Assembly: GCA_963674595.2 (NCBI GenBank)
Contig: CAXXFV010000004.1
Coordinates: forward strand, 96,001-160,000
DNA: 64,000 nucleotides
Source of the DNA: a bacterium
Lineage (GTDB): Bacteria > Zhuqueibacterota > Zhuqueibacteria > Residuimicrobiales > Krinioviventaceae
Reading direction: 5' to 3'
The notes under the pieces are model-generated. The model saw only the letters and a program-made list of their open reading frames with translations. It ran no database searches and was not told the DNA's origin. Positions within the stretch are counted from its first letter, which is position 1, and each line of letters begins with the position of its first letter. This document shows, piece after piece, positions 41,689-50,632 of the stretch. The position numbers and the translations under genes are program-made.

Positions 41689-42567
41689 ATGGAAGGTATT
41701 TTAACAGCCCTTATTACTCCATTTAAAAATGAAAAAATAGACTGGGATGCCCTGTCTTTCCTTATAGACAAACAAATTCAAGCCGGTATTACCGGCCTTA
41801 TTATCAGTGGGACAACCGGTGAATCGCCGACATTATCTGTAGATGAAAAAAAACAACTTTTCAAGTTTGTGTTGGACCACGCCCGGAACAGTATTAAAAT
41901 AGTTGCCGGAACAGGTAATTATTCCACTATAGAATCCATAGAATTAAGTCAATGGGCGGCTGACCTTGGTATAGATGCGTTGTTAACGGTTGTACCTTAC
42001 TATAATAAACCTTCCCAGGAAGGATTGTTTCAACATTTTTCACGAATCGCTGATGCTGTTTCACCCACCCCAATTATACTTTACAACGTTCCTTCCCGAA
42101 CCGTTACGGATTTATTACCCGAGACAATAGCACGATTAGCAAAGATAGAAAATATAAAATATGTTAAAGAAGCCACCGGGAAAATGGAACGGGTAACGGA
42201 AATTTTAGAACAGGCGCCTCATTTAACAATCCTGTCTGGAGATGATACCACATTTTTTCAGGGAATGAAGCACGGCATGCACGGCATTATTTCAGTGGCC
42301 TCAAATATATTCCCGGAGGCAATGGTTGAACTTTATCAGCATTTTAAAACAGGAAATATGGGAAAAGCAGAATCAATCGATACCATTCTAACACCATTTT
42401 ACAAAGCACTGTTTTGTGAATCAAATCCGGTCCCGGTTAAAACAATGGCCGCACTAAAGGGCTGGATATCTCCGGAGGTTCGGCTGCCTTTGGTACAATT
42501 ATCATCACAAAACGCAGAAATTGTTCAAAATACTTTAAACAATGTTGATGAAAAATTAAATGTTTGA
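41689..42567 (+). CDS. dapA: 4-hydroxy-tetrahydrodipicolinate synthase
   Basis: TALITPF, GTTGESPTL, PYYNKP, LYNVPSRT, VKEA, LSGDD and ESNPVPVK. Confidence 0.96.
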   Translation: MEGILTALITPFKNEKIDWDALSFLIDKQIQAGITGLIISGTTGESPTLSVDEKKQLFKFVLDHARNSIKIVAGTGNYSTIESIELSQWAADLGIDALLTVVPYYNKPSQEGLFQHFSRIADAVSPTPIILYNVPSRTVTDLLPETIARLAKIENIKYVKEATGKMERVTEILEQAPHLTILSGDDTTFFQGMKHGMHGIISVASNIFPEAMVELYQHFKTGNMGKAESIDTILTPFYKALFCESNPVPVKTMAALKGWISPEVRLPLVQLSSQNAEIVQNTLNNVDEKLNV

Positions 42568-42816
42568 GGGCAGCGACTAATAACATTTTTAGTTGTCATG
42601 ATTTTAGCGCTGCTTCGTTTTCAATATATTTAAAAGATATAAGCAAGGGGATAATGTTTAATTCTTAATATTAATAAAAATGATTTCTTGAATAACAAGA
42701 GTATTTCATACAAGTTCATTTCGTATTCAGTCTTAAAATAAAGCTATTCTTTGCCGACCAAATTAAAACCAGCAAAAAAAAATGTGTCACTCCACTTTTA
42801 ATAACGACTAGAAACT

Positions 42817-44169
42817 GTGTATAAAATGAAAAAAGCATTTATTATCGGTATGGGAATAAGCGGCATGAGTGCCGCCGAATTATTAAACAGACATGGTTAT
42901 TCCGTTTTTGTCGCTGAAAATCGGCCTGCTGATAAAGTCAAAAATCAAACTCAAAAACTTGAACAACTCGGTGTTTCCTATGAAACAAATTGCCAGAGTT
43001 CGGTCCATTTAAATGACACAGACTTTATCGTAAAAAGTCCGGGGGTGCCAAACACCAACCCGTTCATTACAGAAGCTAAAATAAAAAAAATACCCATTCA
43101 CAGTGAAGTTGAAATTGCAAGTTGGTTTTGCAAAGCGCCGGTCATTGCAATTACAGGGTCAAACGGCAAGTCTACCACAACCTGTTTAACCGGAGCATTG
43201 ATCAAAGACCACTTTCCGCAAACATTTATCGGAGGTAATCTGGGGATACCTTTCAGCGAGCATGCTGATAAATTAACAGATAAAGATTACGCGGTTGTTG
43301 AACTCTCCAATTTTCAACTTGAAGACAGTACAATTTTTAAACCCTTTATTGCCATTTTGTTAAATATAACCCCGGACCATCTTGACCGTTATCCCTCCTT
43401 TTCTGCTTATATTGCTACTAAATTTCGTATCATTAAAGATCAAACACTTGACGATTATTTTATATACAATGTTGATGATCCAATAGTTATGCAAAACATG
43501 CGGGCAATCCCTTCACAGCCTCTTACGATCAGCCTGGATAAAAATCGTTGCAGCTTTGTCTATTTTGAAAAGGAGAAGCTTTATACAAAAGATGGAGACT
43601 TTATTATAAATTATAATGATATGAAATTAAAAGGGATCCATAATAAATATAACATTTTGGCTTCTGTAACCGCAGCCCTGTGCCTGAAAATCCCTCTTTA
43701 CATCATTCAAAAAAATTTATTATCTTTTGTGCCGATTGAACATCGACTGGAATATGTCGATACGATAAACGATGTTATTTTTTACAATGATTCCAAAGCA
43801 ACAAATACCGATGCAACAAAATGGGCGTTAAAGGGTTTTAACGAGTCTATTCATTTGTTGGTTGGAGGAAAATTTAAAGAAAAAGACTTTTCAGCAATTA
43901 TACCTGTTTTAAAAGAAAAAAAATTAACATTTTATATTTTTGGTAAAAGTAAAACGTTTATAGCAGATCAATTCAAAGACCTTGGTCATGATTTATACGT
44001 CTATGAAGATTTGGAAAGCGCTTTTAAACAAAGTTGTAAAAATGCAAAAGCGGGTGAAATAGTTCTTTTATCACCCATGTGCGCCTCATTAGACCAATAC
44101 AATAGTTTTGAAGAACGAGGGCGACATTTCAAAACACTTGTTAAAAATATAAAACAGCAGGATGTCTAA
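42817..44169 (+). CDS. murD: UDP-N-acetylmuramoyl-L-alanine:D-glutamate ligase
   Basis: KSPGV, ITGSNGKSTT, GGNLG, ELSNFQLE, PDHLDR, NDSKATN and LLSPMCAS.D..SFEERG. Confidence 0.95.
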   Translation: MYKMKKAFIIGMGISGMSAAELLNRHGYSVFVAENRPADKVKNQTQKLEQLGVSYETNCQSSVHLNDTDFIVKSPGVPNTNPFITEAKIKKIPIHSEVEIASWFCKAPVIAITGSNGKSTTTCLTGALIKDHFPQTFIGGNLGIPFSEHADKLTDKDYAVVELSNFQLEDSTIFKPFIAILLNITPDHLDRYPSFSAYIATKFRIIKDQTLDDYFIYNVDDPIVMQNMRAIPSQPLTISLDKNRCSFVYFEKEKLYTKDGDFIINYNDMKLKGIHNKYNILASVTAALCLKIPLYIIQKNLLSFVPIEHRLEYVDTINDVIFYNDSKATNTDATKWALKGFNESIHLLVGGKFKEKDFSAIIPVLKEKKLTFYIFGKSKTFIADQFKDLGHDLYVYEDLESAFKQSCKNAKAGEIVLLSPMCASLDQYNSFEERGRHFKTLVKNIKQQDV

Positions 44170-44172
44170 AAC

Positions 44173-45357
44173 ATGGAAAACCCGAAAAAACCGATAATTG
44201 TGCAAAAATATGGCGGCAGTTCACTTGCAACGCCGGAGCATATTAAAAATATTGCCAGACATATTGTAGACCGAAAAAATACAGGTATTGATTTGGTAAT
44301 AGTTGTTTCTGCAATGGGTAAAACAACAGACCAATATGTAAAACTGGCCCATGAGTTAAATCCTAATCCGGACCGTCGTGAAATGGACATGCTGTTATCC
44401 GTTGGTGAACGTATATCCATTGCAGCACTGGCATTGGCCATAAATGCAACGGGTGAACAAAAAGCAATCAGCTTTACCGGCAGCCAAATTGGAATTATAA
44501 CAGACAACAATCATACACAAGCCCGTATTCTGGAAATAAAAGGGCATCGTTTACTGCAAGCTTTGGACGAAGACAAAATTGTTATCGTTGCTGGCTTTCA
44601 GGGTGTTTCCTTGAACAAAGAAATTACAACTCTGGGAAGAGGCGGTTCGGACACAACGGCCGTAGCCCTTGCCGCCGCTCTCAAGGCCGATTATTGTGAA
44701 ATCATGTCTGATATTGACGGCATTTATTCGGCAGATCCCAAACTCATAAAAACCGCCAAACGAATTGATCATATTCATTACGACCAGGCCCTGGAAATGG
44801 CCTCTGCCGGGGCAAAAATGCTGCAACAGACATCGGTAGAGTTTGCCAAAAGACATCAGGTTAAATTGTCTCTGGGATCATCAGCTACCGGTGAAATCGG
44901 TACAATTGTTACCAACGAAAGCCTGAATAAAAATTGTGTCTCCGGGATTACAATCGATAAAAACTTGTCAATCATTCGATTTTCAACCAATCAAAACAAC
45001 ACCCTATTGCTGCCTTATCTTTTTTCAAAAGAAAAAATAATGGTTAAAATTTGGCAGCTTGTACAAGGATTGGGAATAATGGGAGTTTCTCAAAGCGATT
45101 CGGGTTTTGTTAAAAGACTTGTCGAACCACATATTAATAGCATACATATTGAGGATAAATGGGCGGCCTTAACGGTTGTCGGTGCCGGCGTCGGCATCGG
45201 CAGTAAAACCTGTCAACTCTTTCTCGAAACATTGGAAAAACTTTTAATTCAACCGGAACTTTTAAGATCTGACGAATTGTATCTTAAAATTATCATAGAA
45301 GAATCAAAGGCAGATAATCTGTTGGAGGAACTGCATAAAGTCTTTTTTAATGACTAA
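44173..45357 (+). CDS. lysC: Aspartate kinase
   Basis: VQKYGGSS, VVSAMGKTTD, AGFQG and TTLGRGGSDTTAVALAAAL. Confidence 0.93.
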   Translation: MENPKKPIIVQKYGGSSLATPEHIKNIARHIVDRKNTGIDLVIVVSAMGKTTDQYVKLAHELNPNPDRREMDMLLSVGERISIAALALAINATGEQKAISFTGSQIGIITDNNHTQARILEIKGHRLLQALDEDKIVIVAGFQGVSLNKEITTLGRGGSDTTAVALAAALKADYCEIMSDIDGIYSADPKLIKTAKRIDHIHYDQALEMASAGAKMLQQTSVEFAKRHQVKLSLGSSATGEIGTIVTNESLNKNCVSGITIDKNLSIIRFSTNQNNTLLLPYLFSKEKIMVKIWQLVQGLGIMGVSQSDSGFVKRLVEPHINSIHIEDKWAALTVVGAGVGIGSKTCQLFLETLEKLLIQPELLRSDELYLKIIIEESKADNLLEELHKVFFND

Positions 45358-45411
45358 AAAATAACTATATTAACTTTTAAAAAATAAAATTATAAAAAAT
45401 AAACGGTAAAC

Positions 45412-46695
45412 ATGGAAAAATTTGTTATTGAAGGCGGACACCAGTTAAAAGGGTCCGTGCGAATTTCCGGCAACAAAAACGAAGCGTTGCCTGTTTTGGC
45501 GGCTACACTTTTAACGGACGAAACAGTTATTTTGAGAAACGTTCCCCGCATTGGTGATGTCAACATGATGTTGGATATCATGAAAAGTATTGGTGTTAAA
45601 ATACGGGAACTATCGGAAAATGACCTGGAAATAAACAGCAGTGACATTAAACACGCCGAACTGGATGAAAAAAAATGTTCCACATTGCGGGCGGCTTTGC
45701 TGTTGGCAGGACCGTTAATTTCTCGATTTAATAAAGTATTACTTCCTCCCCCGGGTGGTGATGTTATCGGACGACGCAGGTTAGACACCCATTTTATAGC
45801 CTTTAAAAGCCTGGGTGTGGATGTGTCGGAAAAAAATAAAAAATACTATTTTGAAAAAAAACATTTACTGGGCAGTGACATTTTTTTAGAGGAACAATCG
45901 GTCACAGCTACTGAAAATGCGTTAATGGCAGCGTGTTTGGCAAAAGGAGAAACAATTTTACGTAATGCCGCCTGTGAACCACATGTTACCGGATTAGCCC
46001 GCATGTTAAACTCGATGGGGGCAAATATTACCGGCATTGGAACAAATATTTTAAAAATAAATGGTGTAGAAAAACTTGGCGGTACGGAACATGCCATCGG
46101 ACCGGATTATCTGGAAATCGGTGGTTACATTGTGCTGGCAGCGGTTACAAACTCGGAAATCACAATTCAAAATGTAAATTCCGATGATCTTTGTGTTATT
46201 CATTCCACATTTCGAAAAATCGGCATTAAATATGAAATTAACGGAAATGAAATGTTTGTACCGGCAAACCAAAAAATGGAAATTGAACCGGATTTCGCCG
46301 GAGACGTACCGAAAATTGATGACGGCACCTGGCCGGCTTTTCCTTCTGATTTAATGAGCATTATCGTTGTGGCGGCTACCCAGGCCAACGGCACAGCACT
46401 GATTTTTGAAAAAATGTACGACGGCCGGCTTTTCTTTGTCGATTATCTGATCTCCATGGGTGCGCGGATTGTATTATGCGATCCTCATCGCGCTGTTGTT
46501 GTTGGTCCTTCTCAGCTTTATGGGAGCGAATTACAAAGCCCGGATATTCGTGCCGGTATGGCCCTTATCATTGCCGCTTTATGTGCAAAGGGTAAAAGTA
46601 TCATTTATAACATCCGCCAAATCGACCGGGGTTATGAAAATCTGGAGAAAAAATTACAACAACTGGGCGCTAAAATAACACGTGTATCCGAGTAA
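45412..46695 (+). CDS. murA: UDP-N-acetylglucosamine 1-carboxyvinyltransferase (Asp in place of the catalytic Cys)
   Basis: SGNKNEALP, PGGDVIGRRRLDTH, SVTATEN, NAACEPH, SPDIRAG and IDRGYE. Confidence 0.96.
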   Translation: MEKFVIEGGHQLKGSVRISGNKNEALPVLAATLLTDETVILRNVPRIGDVNMMLDIMKSIGVKIRELSENDLEINSSDIKHAELDEKKCSTLRAALLLAGPLISRFNKVLLPPPGGDVIGRRRLDTHFIAFKSLGVDVSEKNKKYYFEKKHLLGSDIFLEEQSVTATENALMAACLAKGETILRNAACEPHVTGLARMLNSMGANITGIGTNILKINGVEKLGGTEHAIGPDYLEIGGYIVLAAVTNSEITIQNVNSDDLCVIHSTFRKIGIKYEINGNEMFVPANQKMEIEPDFAGDVPKIDDGTWPAFPSDLMSIIVVAATQANGTALIFEKMYDGRLFFVDYLISMGARIVLCDPHRAVVVGPSQLYGSELQSPDIRAGMALIIAALCAKGKSIIYNIRQIDRGYENLEKKLQQLGAKITRVSE

Positions 46696-46698
46696 TAA

Positions 46699-47601
46699 TT
46701 GATGAATACAGACTTTTCCGATAAATTTAAAATTCAACATAATGTCTCACTGGCAGATTATACATCTATAAAAATCGGGGGTAATGCTAAATATTTAGCC
46801 TCCATCTCCGACCTTAATTTGTATATAGAACTGTATCTTTTTTGCAAAGAAAAAAATATCCGCTTTTTATCACTGGGGCATGGTACAAATGTATTTTTCC
46901 CCCAAACAGGTTTTGACGGACTTGTTGTGATAAATAAAATGGATAAAATATGTACATGCAGCGGAAACTCGATCCTTGCCCAGTCAGGCGCTTCTCTTGC
47001 TGATGTAAACAAAACATGTCTTGAAAATTCATTGACGGGTTTTGAATTTACCTCGGGCATCCCGGGCTCAGTTGGCGGCGCTGTTTTCGGAAACGCCGGC
47101 GCCTACGGATGTGCTATTGGCAACAGACTGATACGTGCAAAAATATTGACACCGGAAGGAAAAATTTCATTTGTAGATAATGATTTTTTTAAATTTTCTT
47201 ATCGCAGCTCATACCTCAAAGTTTATAATGCCATACTTTTAGAAGCAGAATTTCAATTCCAAAAAGGGGACCAGCAGATTATTGAAAATAAAATCAATGA
47301 AATTTTGGAACTTCGCAGGCAAAAATTACCTGATCATAATGTCCCGACTGCCGGTTCGTATTTTAAAAATTTAAAAGACCAAAAGGGAAACCCGATCGCG
47401 GCGGCAAAATATCTTGATGCTGTAAACAGCAAACAAACCAGTGTTGGCGACATTGGCGTTCATTTTAAACATGCCAACATTTTTTATAATAAAGGCAAGG
47501 GCACTGCCGACCAGGTGCTGGAACTTGAAAAAATTTTAAAAGATAAAGTCCTTAAAAAGTTTGGAATCGACCTGGAAAGAGAAGTCATGTTCCTGGAATA
47601 A
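46699..47601 (+). CDS. murB: UDP-N-acetylmuramate dehydrogenase
   Basis: IGGNA, GHGTN, GIPGSVGGAVFGNAGAYG, YRSS, AGSYFKN, KHAN and LEREV. Confidence 0.95.
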   Translation: MMNTDFSDKFKIQHNVSLADYTSIKIGGNAKYLASISDLNLYIELYLFCKEKNIRFLSLGHGTNVFFPQTGFDGLVVINKMDKICTCSGNSILAQSGASLADVNKTCLENSLTGFEFTSGIPGSVGGAVFGNAGAYGCAIGNRLIRAKILTPEGKISFVDNDFFKFSYRSSYLKVYNAILLEAEFQFQKGDQQIIENKINEILELRRQKLPDHNVPTAGSYFKNLKDQKGNPIAAAKYLDAVNSKQTSVGDIGVHFKHANIFYNKGKGTADQVLELEKILKDKVLKKFGIDLEREVMFLE

Positions 47602-47683
47602 AACAATTCTGTGTTTTTTTTAATTTTTTGCACGGGGATTTGAAACGAATTTATCAATTTTGATTTTATAAACCGCTATAACG

Positions 47684-47715
47684 TACAAAAGGTCCGGAGG
47701 ACCGGACCTTTTGTA
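47684..47715. terminator. Bidirectional intrinsic terminator
   Basis: Perfect 14-bp inverted repeat TACAAAAGGTCCGG-AGGA-CCGGACCTTTTGTA. Confidence 0.88.
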
Positions 47716-47853
47716 ACTGGGCAATGTTAATGCGGGGGTGAATGGAGTTTTTATAAAAACCAGAGCTCACTGATGAATATCAATGGGGCTCTTCAGGGGA
47801 TGTTAAAAATGTAACTCGGCCATCCCGATAGTGAACCCTGGATTCGTTTTCTA
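47686..47853 (-). ncRNA. Candidate sigma54-dependent small RNA (~165 nt)
   Basis: Sigma54 promoter at 47864-47879 and terminator at 47684-47715 bracket a GC-richer segment with no meaningful ORF. It holds two hairpins and a C-rich single-stranded region. Confidence 0.55.
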
Positions 47854-47863
47854 CTTTTACTTT

Positions 47864-47879
47864 AGCAACATTCATTCCA
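47864..47879 (-). promoter_or_regulatory. Sigma54 (-24/-12) promoter
   Basis: Minus strand TGGAATGAATGTTGCT, with GG-N10-GC. Confidence 0.65.
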
Positions 47880-48009
47880 TTTTGGAAACATTTATCCAAA
47901 AACAATTAAAAAAAATATTGCACAAGTCTTTATTTTACAATACCAAAAAATGTTAATTTTTTGTCAAAACAGACAGGCGGGCCAATGATTGAGGCCTGAA
48001 TGAAAAAAA

Positions 48010-48047
48010 CGACATAAATGGATGACAAAAGTCTTAAAAAAGTGTCG
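48010..48047. promoter_or_regulatory. Tandem upstream activator (bEBP) sites
   Basis: CGACA-N8-TGACA (48010-48027) and AGTCT-N8-TGTCG (48030-48047), 20-bp period as at 16408-16445. Confidence 0.45.
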
Positions 48048-48049
48048 GG

Positions 48050-49741
48050 TTAATTTTTATAATAGAGAGTTATACCCCATGAATCCGGATTATCAGGTTC
48101 GCAAGCATTCCAATCTTCAAAGCTGTGGCTATCATCACTGATATAATAAAGCACATAATCTCCAACGTGCAAATTTATTTGATCTTTACATAAACGATTT
48201 TTTTGAGCGCCGCCGGCACTGGTCGTATTTTGATATTCCATCTTCCAGACGACAGTTCCCTTAGAATCTTCAATCCAGCCATAATCATACATTTCCATTT
48301 GTTCCCCTTCCCCAAGGGCATAGATAAGGATGGGGGAATTCTGAGAAACAGTAAATTGCTTTTGTCTTTTTTCATTATCGCCGACTTTAGTAATGGAAGC
48401 GATATAGTTCGGATCATTTTCTTTAACATAAGAAATAACATCATCCGGTACAAACGAGCTGTCAGCCGGGAAAAGAGAAATTCCCCAAAATTCAGAATCA
48501 ACCGGAGGTGCATCGTTCCATTGATTATAGGCATGAGAATCATCTGAACGATAATACAGGTAATAAGCCCCTGCGGGCAGTTCAATAATCTGGTCCGCCA
48601 TGCGGTTCTTTTTTGCTCCACCGGCATGTACAGTATTATTTCTATTCATTGACCACACCGTTTCATGGGTTCCGGCATTAACAATCCAACCATGATCAGA
48701 AAATTGTTTACTATGTTTTACCTGTTCACCAAGAGCATAGATTCTCACCTTGGTATCTTTTAACAGCTCAAAGCCCTTTTTAATAAAAGCATTGTCTTGC
48801 ACATTGGTAATTTTAATAATGGTTTTATCAATAATTTCTTTGTTGTTTAAAAATTCCACAAATTTCATATCTTTCGGAGAGAACCACAAAGTTATTCCCC
48901 AGTATTCCGGATCATAGGGAATACAATCATTAAATTCTTCAAAGGAATGAGAATCGTCTGTAATAAAAGTCAGTTCATATTCCCCCGGAGGAATGGAAAT
49001 TATTTCTCTAAAAAGTCTGTTTTTTCTGCTGCCACCGGCATAACGTCCTTGTCCGGATTGGGGCTGCCAAACAACCTTTCTTGTTTTTGCATTTAAAATA
49101 ACGCCATAATCAAACAAATCCCGGTCCGACCTCTGGGCTTCCCCCAGCATATAAATTTCAGCTTTTATGGTTTTTTTAACCACAAACAACGATTTTAAAG
49201 ACTGATCATCCCCAACCTTAGTTAATTGAATACCGGGCCGGCTGGTAATAAAATTTTTTAACGGATAGCATTGATCCTGGTTGCTTTTATAGGGTGTAAT
49301 TTTCAGGTAAAAGTTGTCTTTTTTTGATTTTAATTTCAGCCCAGCCATCAATTCGTCAAATAAGCCTTTATCATGTTCATTTACTTCCTGTTCAAAGCAT
49401 AAAATACCGGCATAGGCTTCGTAGGATCCTTTTCTTAAAACAACCTGATTTTGAATTGTTACAAAATTATAATCTTTTGAGGAAACATCGGTTCGGTCCA
49501 CTTTCCATACAAGGTCACGCGATTCGGAATCCAGCAACCAAAATAAAGCTATAGGTTCTTCATCCACCACCGGAATAACAGCATCTATTTTTACTGTCAT
49601 TTCATCATCGACCCGAAATGATTGTTTTTCCCACTGGTTTTCCTCAAATTGATTAATAAGGACGACCGGGTCACCCCAGGTTTGAGCCGTTAAGAGTTGA
49701 ACAGAAAAAATCCAAAATCCTAAAATTAATTTTATATACAT
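48050..49741 (-). CDS. Secreted protein with 3 conserved and 1 degenerate ~125-aa repeats (DDSH motif)
   Basis: Signal peptide; repeats share LGE, D[YH]G, VW, AGGxxKNR, DDSH and WGI. Confidence 0.85.
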   Translation of the reverse strand: MYIKLILGFWIFSVQLLTAQTWGDPVVLINQFEENQWEKQSFRVDDEMTVKIDAVIPVVDEEPIALFWLLDSESRDLVWKVDRTDVSSKDYNFVTIQNQVVLRKGSYEAYAGILCFEQEVNEHDKGLFDELMAGLKLKSKKDNFYLKITPYKSNQDQCYPLKNFITSRPGIQLTKVGDDQSLKSLFVVKKTIKAEIYMLGEAQRSDRDLFDYGVILNAKTRKVVWQPQSGQGRYAGGSRKNRLFREIISIPPGEYELTFITDDSHSFEEFNDCIPYDPEYWGITLWFSPKDMKFVEFLNNKEIIDKTIIKITNVQDNAFIKKGFELLKDTKVRIYALGEQVKHSKQFSDHGWIVNAGTHETVWSMNRNNTVHAGGAKKNRMADQIIELPAGAYYLYYRSDDSHAYNQWNDAPPVDSEFWGISLFPADSSFVPDDVISYVKENDPNYIASITKVGDNEKRQKQFTVSQNSPILIYALGEGEQMEMYDYGWIEDSKGTVVWKMEYQNTTSAGGAQKNRLCKDQINLHVGDYVLYYISDDSHSFEDWNACEPDNPDSWGITLYYKN

Positions 49742-49751
49742 AATAAATCCG

Positions 49752-50594
49752 TTATTTTACAGTTATATCCAGTTCGCCAATTCCCGATGAAATGACAAGA
49801 TATAATGAATTTTCAGCCGTGTTATAGTTTTCCGAATAAAGATATTTGCCTTTTTTTGAAAACCTGGTCGGAAAATTAATTTGGGACAAAAAAGATAAAG
49901 ATGAAACTTTGATTTTTGTACCAACCGATTCAGGAATAATTACCGATGTTTCACCAATGTCGAGATCGATTTTGGCCATGGTTCGGTGTATTCTCTCACC
50001 GGTAAAATCGACAGTCATTTCACCAATGCCGCCGTTTATGTCAGCTTCTTTAAAATTCGCATTTCCAAGATTTCTTAATGTAAGCTCACCGACTTTAACA
50101 TTGACGTCAAATGTTTCCATGGGTATTTTATTGGGCTGGAAAAAGTCAACATCAACTTGACCTGCCCAGTTTATCAAATCAAAATTTTTTATTCTCAAGC
50201 CGCCTACATCATACTTGATTTCACCAGCCTTTATTCTGCTTTTTATATTAATAAAGGGCTTTTCAGGCAAACGAACGATGAGTTTTGCGCTTTCCTGACC
50301 ATTTGTGTTTTTCCAGACTTTCCAGTTTTTAAAATCAAATTTAATATCGAGTTCATTTTTTCTTTCATTAAAACGGATATCACCTCTGCTGTTTTTTTCA
50401 CTGTACTTTAGTGAAACCCAAACATAATCCTCATCATGTCTTTCGACAATGACAATGCCGCCGTCTACCTCCAAATTAATCTGAACATTGTCTTCCACGA
50501 CATAAGATTCTTCTATAACTACCCGTTGTTCCTGCGCAAAGACACAGGTAACGAGCAACAAAAAAAATGAACATAAGATAATAAACTGCTTCAT
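49752..50594 (-). CDS. Exported beta-helix protein, DUF2154/LiaF-like (adhesin-like)
   Basis: Signal peptide; GE-repeat coils (KAGEIKYD, KVGELTL, GIGEMTVD, DIGETSV, GIGELDI). Confidence 0.72.
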   Translation of the reverse strand: MKQFIILCSFFLLLVTCVFAQEQRVVIEESYVVEDNVQINLEVDGGIVIVERHDEDYVWVSLKYSEKNSRGDIRFNERKNELDIKFDFKNWKVWKNTNGQESAKLIVRLPEKPFINIKSRIKAGEIKYDVGGLRIKNFDLINWAGQVDVDFFQPNKIPMETFDVNVKVGELTLRNLGNANFKEADINGGIGEMTVDFTGERIHRTMAKIDLDIGETSVIIPESVGTKIKVSSLSFLSQINFPTRFSKKGKYLYSENYNTAENSLYLVISSGIGELDITVK

Positions 50595-50632
50595 CAGTCC
50601 TCCTGATTCCCAAAAATTTTATACAAAAAAAA

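Noticed and set aside
42560-42620. Hairpin GCAGCG...CGCTGC and mini-ORF MFEGSD after dapA
   Set aside because: Only six codons, and the hairpin is adequately explained as a weak terminator or stability stem.
47684-47860. tRNA, 6S RNA, CsrB-type RNA or small ORF as the explanation of the GC-richer intergenic segment
   Set aside because: No cloverleaf or T-loop, no end-to-end 6S rod, few GGA motifs on the promoter strand, and only ORFs of a few codons.
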